Shown here: piece by piece, positions 50,423 to 62,180 of the stretch
How the letters are laid out: every line of letters starts with the position of its first letter
Position numbering within the stretch: the stretch's first letter is position 1
Source: Fistulifera solaris
Lineage: Eukaryota
Assembly: GCA_030295235.1 (NCBI GenBank)
Contig: AP026123.1
Span: 1,674,001 to 1,738,000, forward strand
Length of the DNA stretch: 64,000 nt
Reading direction: 5' to 3'
Notes under the pieces: model-generated
What the model saw: the letters and a program-made list of their open reading frames with translations, nothing else
What the model was told of the DNA's origin: nothing
Database searches by the model: none
Translations under genes and position numbers: made by a program

Positions 50423-50697
50423 ACGCAGCCAATAGCCTTAACGCCAATAACCGTTATTCTTTGACCCGGGCATAAAAATTCGCGCTCACGCAAAAATTCA
50501 CGTCGCAACAAAAAATAAGTACTTGTACCTGTAGCGGCGATGAAATCTTCATTGCTTCTATTTAGGCATTAGAGACAAGAAACGTAGTTGGAGCCACTTC
50601 GCCGGTTTTTCATTGCGTTAGTCGAGAGCGAAGGATCGCTACTTTATTTCAGAATTGATAAGAACGACTAAATGGATCAAGCACAAATCACAATAAG

Positions 50698-52934
50698 ATG
50701 ATTCTTCGTCATGCAACCCTTCGAAGGATATCCTTCATGCTGTCCATTGTGGCACTTCTCTCTGCTTGTAGAACTTCGACATCTTTTCTTTTGACATCAC
50801 AAGATGCTGTAGCGGGAAGAGGTCTGCCCCGTCATATCAGTACATCAAAGTGCATTCGGACGAAACGGGCTCTCTCGGACCAGAGTTACATTACTTCCAT
50901 CCGATCACAAAATCTCGCTGGAGCACAAAGCTCCAGGAGCGACAACCAAATTGTTATTGATTTTCAAAGTGGAATGACGGCTATTACTGGGGAAACAGGA
51001 TCTGGAAAGTCCCTATTTGTGGCGAGGGCACTCGAAGTGGTGACGGGAGGAAAGGGAATATCCGCTGCTTTACTCGGCGGCAAAAATAGTGAGAGAGCCA
51101 AAGTTGAGGAGCCAGTTGTTGTAGAGCTCGAGTTGAGCTTACGTGGTCATTATCTGAACGCAGCTAAATCGTTTTTGAAAACAATCGAAGTGGATGTACC
51201 GTCGACGGGATTGATTCTGCTAAGAAGGTCACTGGTTATGCAACAAGGGCGACGCGTCAAATCCGTTTGTCATATCAACAATCAACAAGTGACCTTGAAA
51301 GCACTGACCGCCTTTTCTCGGTCGCTGGTGACGGTAGTAGACGCTTCCACTGCTGCTGCAGCTTTGTCCAAGCCCGAGGCACGATTGGCTATCATCGATA
51401 GTGCGGTGTCACCCGATCTTTTGGTAGAGGTGAACGAGGCGAAGCGACAATACAGACAGGCTAGAAGAAAGCGCGAAGCGATAGAACGTGAATTGAAAAA
51501 GAGGGTACTGCCCAGTTCCTTTGTTCAATCAGATGACGACGAAAACGTCGAATTAATGAATCACTGGATTCGAGAGCTTGGTGTGTTTCAAGACCGGGTG
51601 GAACTTTTTCGAGGAAGAGTCGCCACATCTATCGAACAAATGACTGAAGTTCACGATGCGATTCTAAGATTTGCCGAATCAGACTGGGATAATGATGACG
51701 AGGGAGCTATGTATGAATCTTTTATGGACTTTCGTGACATGATTGTGTCTCTCGACGAACAGCTGGTAGCTGCCCAGAATGCGAGAGACGCCTTGGCAGC
51801 TCTATCCAGTGATCAGTCAGCTATAACGGCCATTGAAAAAACGCGGTCTTTTATCATGGACAGCTTAGGCAGCGGTGATCACGGCAAGGCCTCTACACGT
51901 AGTCTGCAAAAGGCAACAGAGCGGTCACATGAACTGCTCAATGCGGTCGAGAATGCTCTTCATGCTTGCTCAAAATTTATAGAGGACGACGAGAAAGGTC
52001 TCATTCGTACAATTGAGTCTTTACGGGAAAATTGCCCATTTTCTCTGGAAGAGGTTGATTCCTTACTAATAGATTGGAGCTCGCTTGCACGGAAACACGG
52101 CATTATTCCCAGCTCATTACCAACGTGCCACAAATCTTTGAAAAACGAGAGGGACGGGAATGTGAACGCCCAGCAATTATTACCGGCGGCCATTGCGGAG
52201 GAACAAGCAAAATTGTCTACTTTTCTGTGTGTGGCGTCAAAGCTCACACTGGAAAGACAACAAGTTGCCGATGAACTCACGTCTTCAGTGACGAGTCGAT
52301 TACCACTGGTCGGCATGGAACGATCAATTTTCACAGCCAGCATCACTCCTCGAGGGGATACACCGAATTCTGATGACACCATAGACTTTCTTCTTCTGCA
52401 TCGATACGCCGATGATGAGAAAAAGGCGGCCGATGGCGGTAAAATGAACGAAATCGCAAGTTCTGGCGAAAAGGCACGTATTCTTTTATGCGTTGAATGT
52501 GAGCTACCTGGGTCTGTAGCTGCATCGTATGCTGTGGAGCGAGCAAAAAGGAAGATGAAACGGAAGCCGAACTGGTCGGCTTACCCCCGATTGCCATAGT
52601 GTATGATGAAATAGATGCTCATGTTGGCGGCCGCGCTGCAGTTGCAATGGGAAGCATGCTGGTGGAACAATCGAAATGGAGCCAAGTCATTGCAATTACT
52701 CACAGCGCATCAATAGCAGCTGCAGCGGATTCCCATATTGTTGTTCAGCGAGAACATCCAGTTGCTCATAAGCCGAGTAAGAAGAATACTACAATGAATG
52801 CTGTATCTGTGGAGGACACTGCCCGAAGGAAAGAACTCGCGCGAATGGCGAGTGGAGATATAGCAAAAGACGAAGCTGAAGCATTTGCCGAAGCACTGAT
52901 CCGCGAGGCCATGAAAGCTAAGCTTGTTAATTAG
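50698..52934 (+). CDS. recN: Bacterial-type DNA repair SMC-like ATPase RecN, probably plastid-targeted
   Basis: ITGETGSGKS, LARKHG, ASSGEKARI, YDEIDAHVGG, ITH and RKELARM; signal-like N-terminus; indel near 52535. Confidence 0.9.
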
Positions 52935-52952
52935 TCAAAGTGTTAAATGTAA

Positions 52953-54150
52953 TTACTCATCAGTTTTTATGGGCCCGTCGTAAAGTCTCAACTCTTTTCG
53001 AAAGCGTTCCGCTTGTCTCTGCCAGTACTGGAGATGCAGGTCTCGATTTTTCGCGTATTCCGCCAAATGCCGAGAATCTGATTCTATTTTCAATACCCAA
53101 CCAACCGTTGTCTTTTTTCGCCACCGACTGCAATATATCATTTGTAGTCGGCGCTGGTATTCGCAGAGCTTTCTGGAGCAGAGGCCGTTCAATGATACCT
53201 CTCTGTTGCAACAAGAGAAGTATGAAGGTGCGCGCTCGTTGATGTTCCTTTCTCCATTGCACCAAACGTTGCGAATTCAACAAATAATTGCCTTGCACCT
53301 GGACAGCGCAAAAGGACAAGGCTTCCAAAATATCAAACTCATCCGCATCGGGAGCATGCATTCTCAGAATTGAAAAAGGTACGGGCAATCCTTTGTGCAA
53401 GAGTTCACTCATCTGTTTGACCAAACCATTCTGCGTGGGCGCTTCGTTCGACGACTCCACAGCGGGCATGTAATTCAGGGATTCCAAGTACTCCTTATGA
53501 TTGCTGTTGGGAAGAACGCACGTCGATGAGGTAGGAGCCACGCCACGAATGGAAGAGGCTGGCTTCACCAATAGTTCATTCCATTCTTCGGCATCTTCTG
53601 AAGCTTTCTTATACGCATAACTACTCCTGCGTGCCATTGCCGCTCGCTCAGATTCTCTCCTTTGAAAAACAACCGGTTTCTTGGTGTCATCCTCTGGTTC
53701 TTTCGTTTCCGATGCCTCCATTTCGGTATTAATGTGATCCAACGACGGCCGCATTTGAGCGATATGATTCAACGGAAATAACTGCAAACGATTGTCCCGC
53801 AACTGCCCCAAGCACATGTGCGTTTGCAACGGAACCGTATGACTGGTAAACGTTCGATCTTTCATCCCCCAATGGGGACTGGAATCCATGGCAAACATGG
53901 ATCGGGGCATATCATGCGTCATCTCCACCAAGCCGTGCTGGGGTTTGATGCGTGCTTGTTTGGGCAAAGAGTCATGATGATTCGTTGGATCCTGTTGTAA
54001 TGGATATTGCAGTAAATACATTTGAGAAGCCAATTCCGGGCATAAGAAAACTTCAATTTCCTGAACAACTTCGTCGTGAAATACGTCCATCTCCACATCC
54101 TGTGGGAAGTAGTCGTCGTCCTCGGCTTCTTGTTTCAATCGAACCGCCAT
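52953..54150 (-). CDS. POLR3E: RNA polymerase III subunit RPC5 (C37)
   Basis: DEVVQEIEVFL, MYLLQYPL, QMRPSLDH and AVQVQGNY; C-terminus likely continues in the 52953-53192 frame. Confidence 0.85.
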
Positions 54151-54903
54151 TTTGATGAACTATCAGCAAATTTTTGAAGTTAGGTTATATCGCGGTTTTC
54201 TGGTTGAAGGAATAGGGACAATATCACATCGGCGACTCTGTTATTTACTGTCGTTGTTGTGCAAGGATCCAAAATGAAACAAAAAAAATCCGTCGGTTAT
54301 TGTGAAAGGTGGACGGTGGATGATCAGACGCTCATACTTGAGTCAATCGTCGCCCTCAATCCCGAGTATCTCTATCCTCAAAGTTTTCGAACTGAGCCGT
54401 CAAAGAGAGAGGGCCTCGCTACTAGCTAATAGAGAAGCCCGATTTTCAATTGACAAAGCGGAGGGGGCTTCCGTTGTTGTTTGGGCAGGCAATTGTTTGG
54501 ATGAACCGTTGCCATGCCGATCGACAAAAATGGTCAAAAACTCCCACCAAATTGGGCCGGACGAAGCGAATCTGTGACAAGTTTTCCGTTGAAACTTCCT
54601 TACTTAGGCGAACGTACATTTTGAAACGCGCATGAAAGGCACGATTGCGAAGGATTCTACTTATTGTGTTAGATCCAAAATTTACTATAATTGATAATGT
54701 AACTCGATTTTGTCAATCGTCTTTCCGCGCTTTCTCCGTTGGGGTCATCGAACTCGAAAAACCAAAAACAAAGAAAACCATTTCCCATTATCAACAATCC
54801 AAGAGGAGCCCCTTGCTCTGTAAGATCATCAAGATAGCATCGAATCCTGCAATCCACAACATCTTCATTACATCTTAGATTACTTGATTGAATTTTCATT
54901 GAA

Positions 54904-56810
54904 ATGAGAATACGGCAAGATATCTGGGTGTCGCTTTATTTGTTGCTGCAGACGTGTCTCGCTGTAGAATCATCCCATCGGGTCGTCGGTCGTTCTCGAG
55001 CAACGACAGTTCACAACGCACTATCACGACAACAACAAAACTTGAGAAAAGTGCAAAGTCAACAATGTACTTTGAATGAACAAGGCTTCTACGGTGAACC
55101 GATTGGGTCAGTGTACGAAGTCGAGTATATCTACCAAATTTACGTGGAACCAGGGACCCGAATATCGCAGATTCGCGTACTCGTGGTGCCACCACTCGAC
55201 AAACAAATTACCGAAAGTATATTACCGAGCTTCTTTGACTGCGAGACTCGTCGTCGGCGATTACAGAGCCAAAGCATTGAAGGGATCAGCTGGCGTCCTC
55301 AAGATGTCGTGGTCGAATCCGGTCGTAAGTGTGGCTCGTGCACTGTTGCTGTGTTTTCTACACACTCGTCTCTCACCTTTTCATCGTAGTGTCATGTGAA
55401 GAACCTGTCGATGATGCGGATTGTTATGTGGTAAAGGGATTTTTCAGCGTTTTTGGGGAAGGATTCGAAAGTATGGAAGAGGTGGAAGAGACCGTTCTCC
55501 CTGTTGTTCGTGAAACAATGGAATCGGACGAATTGACTTCTTCAAGTGATTTTTTGGTTGGTGTTGGCTATATTGGTACCAATTTGTTTGATCTGGTGCC
55601 GACGGTGGCTCCCAATGGAGTACCCAATGCTCCGACGCCCACATCCAACGCGAGTCCTGCACCGAATGCGGATCCTACATCGACGCGGGCTCCCAACGCA
55701 GAGCCTTCTTCCACACCGGCACCGAATGCAGAGCCTTCTTCTACTCCGGCGCCCAATGCGGAACCTACTGCGACACGGGCTCCCAACGTGGAACCTTCCT
55801 CTACGCCGGCTCCCAACGCGGAACCAACGGAGGATACGCCAGCGCCCAACTCGGAACCTTCTTCTACGCTGGCACCCAATTCCGAACCAACGGAGGATAC
55901 GCCCTCGCCCAATACCGAACCCACCCCGTCACCTACCACGATCGGCCCCACGAGTACGTTCTGGCCGACGTGGAGTGAAACTCGAATTTCCAACCAGTTC
56001 GACAAAAGCTCCAACGGGGGCACCCACCACGACGTCCAATTCGACCGATATCGTACCGAGAGGATCCGAAGAAGGGTTAGACAAAATGGATTGGTGGTCG
56101 TGGTTGTTGGTCGCCGTCGGTGGAGCCTTTTGCTTTTGGTCTGTATCGGTCTCTTGTCGGGACGTTCGTCGCGGGGTCCCTCGAAACGAGCGGTCCGCAG
56201 TGACGATGGTACCGATCCGACGCATATTGGGACGCTTTCCAAGTTTGAACAATCCCGACAAGAGTATATTCCTCCGAGTGGTGACTTGGATTCGTTCAAT
56301 GTAGCACCGCAGGCGGACGACAACGAGGAGTCCAACGAAGAAAGCACGGAAAATCGTGGTGCCGATGAAGAGGGGGGATTTGGATTTTCGTACGGAAATG
56401 AAGATGCACGCGAGAACGATGCTGTCGTCGAATACGAAGACGAGGAGGATGTCCATGATGCCGACGAAGAAGATCAAGGGCAATATGAAGATGACGATGG
56501 CGGGGCGTATGAACCCGATGGTGAAGTATACGATGATGAACAAGCCTATGATGATGAAGGAGACGATGGAGACTATGAAGACGAAGGGGATGGATATGAT
56601 GATGAGGAGACATATGAAGATGAAGAGTACGCAGAGGATGGGCAAGAATATGATGAACAATACGACGACGAAGAGGAAGGTGAACAAGGACCGTACCAGG
56701 AAGACGACGGCCTTTCCTACGATGAAGAATCATACTATACGGAAGAGGTCGAAGAAGATGGACCAAGATGGGAAGGTGGCCACGAAGGAAACCGAACCAA
56801 GTCGTTGTAA
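54904..56810 (+). CDS. Type I membrane protein with Cys-containing ectodomain, Pro/Thr stalk and acidic Tyr-rich tail
   Basis: Signal peptide; RRRRLQ; intron 55325-55389; APNAEPSSTP repeats; TM WWSWLLVAVGGA-LLLLVCIGLL once local indels are corrected. Confidence 0.8.
55607..55930 (+). repeat. Coding ~30 bp tandem repeat (APNxEPxxTx)
   Basis: About 10 units such as GCTCCCAACGCAGAGCCTTCTTCCACACCG. Confidence 0.9.
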
Positions 56811-56834
56811 TCCATAAAAAATACTTGTTATTTT

Positions 56835-57465
56835 TCAAATTTTCGCGACAATTGTTTTCGCGATGGCGCGATAGGCCGCCGCTTCCGCAGCCATTTCTCC
56901 CGGCGTGCGATCCCGCCGCACATCCGGCATTTCTATAGAGGGTATGTTCTCTTTGACATCCCCTTTGGGAGTCCATTCTTCCAACGCACTGTAGATTTCA
57001 TCATTTTTCGGACCATGATAGGGGTCGGTAGCCGTCCGGGGAAGGATATGAACATGACAATGAAAGACCGATTGCCCCGAGTCCTTGCCATCCTGTACGG
57101 CGACATTGAAAGCTGTCGCTTGATAATGAACTTTCAGCAGGGACTGCACATATCGCACCGTCGACCACAAATCCAAATATTCCGCCTCGGTCAAATCGGA
57201 CAACAAGGGAGCGATGCGGGAAGGGATGACCAACACGTGACCTGGAACGATGGGTCGCAAGTTGACAAATGCGACAGAACCACCTTTCGATCGATGAAAA
57301 ATGGAATCCGCTGGTATTACAAACTTCCCAAAAGGAGCACTGCCGTTCTCCGAAACATGCATTCTTCTGGTCAAGACAGCTCGACGCGAAGATATGCCGA
57401 TCGGTTGAAATCCCCTAGCTCCTAAGAACAAATGAGCTGAATATTGATCGAATCAAGATAGCCAT
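56835..57465 (-). CDS. FHIT: HIT-family dinucleoside triphosphatase, FHIT-like
   Basis: FVNLRPIVPGHVLV, QDGKDSGQSVFHCHVHILPR, NDEIY and RTPGEMAAEA; start uncertain. Confidence 0.9.
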
Positions 57466-58056
57466 ACAGTTTGCTATGTGAAAGGGAAGAAACGGCTAAA
57501 AGTGCAACAACAAGAATTCAAGGCACCGCCCCGCACATCTTGCGGCACGTTTATTTCCCTTATTATTGTGCGATTTGCGATTCATTCCCGAGTGCCAACG
57601 ACCTTCGCTCATTCATGAATGAATAGAAAAACCGGAGCGGCACCATCCACAGGACATCAAAACAAGAACTCCGAAAGGGAAACTTCTTTTTTCCGTAGAA
57701 CGTCGAACTGGAGAAGTTCCGGTAGTTTCGATTTCTGCCTTGCGGAAGTTTCTCGTTGGAAAGTGGTGGAGACGATGACGTCTTTTCATCTGTTCGGTTA
57801 CGGTACGATAGTTTACTGTTTGTCATTTATTTCATTGAAGCATGGTGCGACTTTTTCACCACATCACCCTCAAAGTGCCGGAACGTGCAAAACACTGCCG
57901 CCGACCCACATTCGAAGACAACGGCAGAAGCAAAAGTTCAAACCAAGAAAGCAAAGAGAAAGGAAAACATCATCAAGGACACAAATTTGCGATCAAGAAA
58001 TATTGTCATCGATCTTCTTCATCATTGCTCTTCCTCGCAACTCAAACAAAGAAACA

Positions 58057-59604
58057 ATGGCAGAATCCGGTGCAGCAACCGAATGGTAAGTTCTATCCAA
58101 GTGTCTCTCATTCATCTTCGTCGTCGTCTCGGCTTTCGAGCGAAAGACGGTTGCGACGGGTGCCATCGGCATCAATTATGTCATCAGACTATGCTAACTC
58201 ATGCTTTCATGTACTTATAGGAAGAAGTATTCCGATTATAACATCAACGTTGATCCCGATCAAGATGACAAGGCGACCGAAATTAAACTCTTTAGCTTCG
58301 CCCGCCCGCACATGCGCGCCTTTCACTTTTCATGGTTTGGCTTCTTCATGGCCTTTTTTGTCTGGTTTTCCGCCGCGCCTCTCTTGTCGGAGATCCGTGA
58401 TGACCTCAAACTCACCAAGAAGGAAATCTGGAGTACTTCCGTGATTGCCGTCGGAGGAACCATCTTGTTTCGTTTCATGATGGGACCTTTGTGCGACAAG
58501 TTCGGACCTCGTATTCCCTTTGCGGGAGTTCTCATGTTTGCCTCGATTCCTACCGGTCTCACTGGTTTGGCGGTGGATTTCAAGTCTCTCCTCATCATTC
58601 GGTGCCTCATTGGTGTGGCCGGATGTACCTTTGTCATGTGCCAATATTGGACGACGCGCATGTTCGTCAAGGACGTTGTTGGAACCGCCAACGCCACGGT
58701 CGCTGGATGGGGTAACTTGGGTGGAGGTGTTACTCAGTTGGTCATTGGGTCTCTTCTTTTCCCTCTCTTCAAGATCTTTTACGACGGTGACTCGGAAAAA
58801 TCATGGCGTACGGTATGTGTCGTGCCCGCCGTCGTCACGTTCTGTGCCGGTCTTGGCATGCTCTTCTTCACGGAGGATGCTCCGAAGGGAAACTACGGTG
58901 AAATGAAGAAACACGGAACCATGCCGGAAGTTTCCGCTGCCGTATCGTTCCGCGCCGGTGCTATCAACTTCAACACGTGGATCTTGTTTATTCAATACGC
59001 GGCCTGCTTTGGTGTTGAATTGACCATGAACAACGCCGCCGCTCTTTACTTCAAGGACGAATTTGGTCAATCGACCGAATCGGCGGCCGCCATTGCCTCG
59101 ATTTTCGGATGGATGAACTTGTTTGCCCGCGGTATGGGTGGTGTCCTCAGTGATTACGGTAACGCCAAGATGGGTATGCGCGGTCGCATCCTGATTCACA
59201 CTCTCTTCTTGTTGTTCGAAGGTATCTTTGTCATTATCTTTGCCAACACCAAGTCGTTGGCCGGTGCGATCGTCGTCATGATTTTCTTCTCGCTGTGTGT
59301 CCAAGCCGCCGAGGGTACATCCTTTGGTATTGTACCGTACATTGATCCTCCGTCGACGGGATCGATCTCGGGTATTGTCGGAGGAGGCGGAAACTGCGGT
59401 GCCGTTGCGTTTGGTATGGCATTCCGTGAGTTGTCTTACGAAAAGGCCTTTATGATTATGGGCTTTTGCATTATTGGATCCGCCTTGATGTCCGCTTTGA
59501 TCAACATTAAGGGCAGTTCGGCCTTGTTTTGGGGTACCGATGACGTTGCGCCCTCCAAGACGACGGCTCTTTGCGTTCCCGAGCCGGAGAAAGAGGAGGC
59601 GTAA
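58057..59604 (+). CDS. NRT2: High-affinity nitrate transporter
   Basis: RPHMRAFH, FVMCQYW, AGWGNLGGG and FGVELT; intron 58086-58220 in phase. Confidence 0.97.
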
Positions 59605-59891
59605 ACGATGTGCTGGTTTTGATTTATTTTTTGAGTTTTAGCTGTGCAGCGGTTTTTGATTGCGAACTTGTATCAGGTGTTTGATTTTTAAAACATAACT
59701 TTATTTTTACCATATAAAGGGTCATTATTTTGATTACTTTTGATTGTTCTTGATGTAATCTAGTTTTTAATTACTTCCTACCGTGATTTTCTGCAAAAAT
59801 AGACGACGTAGGTGAAGGAATTGAGTGTGCGAGAGGATGCCAAATACGAACGACCAATACAATTTCTGTCTAAAATCCTTATGTTAGTCTT

Positions 59892-61301
59892 TCACGGCCA
59901 CATGCGCCATTCCGAATGATTGATACGACGAACATGATTGCTGATTTGCACGGGTCGGACGGAAGAATGTTGCAGACGATACAGAAGCACATGGCCCAAC
60001 AGTTGGGCGGGTGTCCCAAATCCATCTTCACTCTTCGGAGGCAACTTTTCCTTATCCAGCAACAACGCCAAAGCGGATTCGGCCACACATTGGGCGGTAA
60101 CCCAATTGCCGGGGTCTCCTTGAAATTCCAACATGACGTTCGCACGGTCTTGCACGTTGGTAACGGGATCGGCCGCCGTCGATACTTCCGCATAGACTTT
60201 CGCAAAACCCATGCGGCATTGCTCTTCGGTCATGCCTGTTCCGGGTGGAGCCAACCTTTGCACCAGATACGTTCCCAAATAGGGCATCCACAATACTAAC
60301 ATAGCCAAAAGCGTCCCAATTTGTATCATAATGACGGGAATGATGGCGAGCATGCGCAGGGCTGTCGTCATTTTGTACCCCGTGGGTAAAAAGCGTTCCT
60401 TATAGACAAATTCCGAACCGTAATTCATTGCAACTGCGGACGCATGTACGACTTTGCTATTGATGGGAGCCATAAAGAAAGGAGCGGAGGCACCTAACCG
60501 GAAGATGGTATGAAACATGGGCAATTGATTTTTCCATTCCGCCTTGGCCAATCGATTCTTGGTAGATTGATAAGAAGGATCGGAACGAATTTTCGGATGC
60601 GTCAATACAAGAGGATCGTCCAGAAGAAAAGGAACGGGTTGCGACCAGCAATACTTCCAATCCAACGGCATTTGAGCGGCCGTCATCAAAGTTCCACCAT
60701 TCGCCGTCCCCAATACATGATGCCAAGTGTATGCTTCTTGGATGTGCGCCGAGGGTGCCGCGAGACGCAATTTCTCCACCGCCAAGAATACTGCCAAATC
60801 ACTGGGAACGGAATCAAATCCACACAACGAAAGGATGCGCGCCCCCGATTTCTGCGCCGTCGGTCCGTGCAACAATCGCATCCGACCCGCCCAAGAAACT
60901 TCCCCGGTAATATCGACATAATCCGTTCCTTGTGCAGCACAAGCCGCCACGACGTGACTGCCGTATTGTTCAAAGGGTCCGGCACAAGCAATAACGACTT
61001 TTGTACGGGCCGCCATTTGTTGCAAAGCCGTTTTGTCTTGCGCGTCCGCTACCAAGGTATCAAAGACGCAGTGACCGCACGATGTACTTTCATGAATGAC
61101 ACTCAAATGCATCATTTTGGTAGTAAATTCCTCACACAGAGCATCTAATTTGTTCTGATTGCGACCCGCCAGAGTGATTTGGAGAGGAGCGATCGTTAGA
61201 CTCGTTTGCATCAAATAAGTCAATACATGACGAGCGACGAAACTTGTCGCGCCAAAGAGCGTTATATCCACTTTCGATGATGATTCGGGTACACGAGTCA
61301 T
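59892..61301 (-). CDS. Saccharopine dehydrogenase-like oxidoreductase (SCCPDH-like)
   Basis: FGATSF, CAGPF, YVDITGE, CGFDSVPSD, GGT and GDPG. Confidence 0.9.
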   Translation of the reverse strand: MTRVPESSSKVDITLFGATSFVARHVLTYLMQTSLTIAPLQITLAGRNQNKLDALCEEFTTKMMHLSVIHESTSCGHCVFDTLVADAQDKTALQQMAARTKVVIACAGPFEQYGSHVVAACAAQGTDYVDITGEVSWAGRMRLLHGPTAQKSGARILSLCGFDSVPSDLAVFLAVEKLRLAAPSAHIQEAYTWHHVLGTANGGTLMTAAQMPLDWKYCWSQPVPFLLDDPLVLTHPKIRSDPSYQSTKNRLAKAEWKNQLPMFHTIFRLGASAPFFMAPINSKVVHASAVAMNYGSEFVYKERFLPTGYKMTTALRMLAIIPVIMIQIGTLLAMLVLWMPYLGTYLVQRLAPPGTGMTEEQCRMGFAKVYAEVSTAADPVTNVQDRANVMLEFQGDPGNWVTAQCVAESALALLLDKEKLPPKSEDGFGTPAQLLGHVLLYRLQHSSVRPVQISNHVRRINHSEWRMWP

Positions 61302-61440
61302 GCTATTGTAAAAGAGTTGTCTATAATAAGTGAGAGGAACGATAATAGAAGGAAGGAATAATGGCAAAGCACTGCCGTACAAGGAAAATGACGAGAGAGA
61401 TGCGTCGCAACAATTTTTTCTTCATTTTCCTTTACTACCG

Positions 61441-61757
61441 CCTTGCAAAATTCTACGGATTTTACTTAGCGAAACGACATGAAAAGTGAGGGATTGTAAT
61501 TAAGTAAAAAAACCACTCCACGACTATTGTATATGGTGTACCAGGAAATCCATAAGGGACGCCTGTCCCAATCGATTTGTATTAAGGTTATCCAACTTTT
61601 AAGCCAGATAACCTTAATAGGATGCAAGATTTCAGTTTCCTTTTATGGGTTAGAACCAACACAATAGGCTACAGTATAAAATGGTTTTAGTCTGCTAAAT
61701 GAAATCCATAAAATTTCGTGTCGTATTGCTAAGCAAAAATCGTAAAATTCTGCAAGG
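61441..61757. repeat. Degenerate ~317 bp palindrome (foldback/MITE-like)
   Basis: Outer arms 61441-61484 and 61714-61757 match 36/44 as reverse complements; perfect 13 bp inner arms 61580-61592 and 61607-61619 share essentially the same axis. Confidence 0.85.
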
Positions 61758-62180
61758 GGATTGCAAGGCAAAAAAAATTTCTCTGGTTCGGTCGGTTAGT
61801 ATGCTTCTTCGGAATCCAAGAGAAGGAATGCCAAGACGATTTCCCCCTCATTGGGAAACGGGTTCCGGGCTTGCCCTCCACTAGCACTAGGGCTCTCAAG
61901 TCCTAGAACTCACTCGGCAAAATGCCAAATTGGAATCGGAATATTTGTGACAAAAGAGAAAAAACAGTGGAAAATTCAGTCGAATGAGAAAATTCATTCG
62001 GACTTTAGGAAATTAGGAATAAATATTTAGGATTGTGTTAGTTGAGAAAGGTTGCACCGCGTAGCAAAGACGTTGTTTTTATCATTCGCATTCATCTTAT
62101 CTTATAATAACAGTTCATATCTCTATCTCTTGCTTTCTCTCGTTATTCGCTCGTATTATAAACCCATCTAACAATTAACA

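Noticed and set aside
55568..56976. Long antisense ORFs (also 28111-28647, 8586-9059, 36836-37444, 60510-61148)
   Set aside because: Shadows of real genes, often low-complexity
58057..61301. Nitrogen-metabolism gene cluster (NRT2 plus saccharopine dehydrogenase-like)
   Set aside because: SCCPDH-like proteins are not established nitrate-assimilation enzymes, and no nitrate or nitrite reductase is nearby
61780..62010. RNase P/MRP RNA (minus-strand AAAGTCCG and ACTAACCGACC) or U1 snRNA
   Set aside because: The putative P4 strands do not pair, and the U1 5' end ACTTACC is absent
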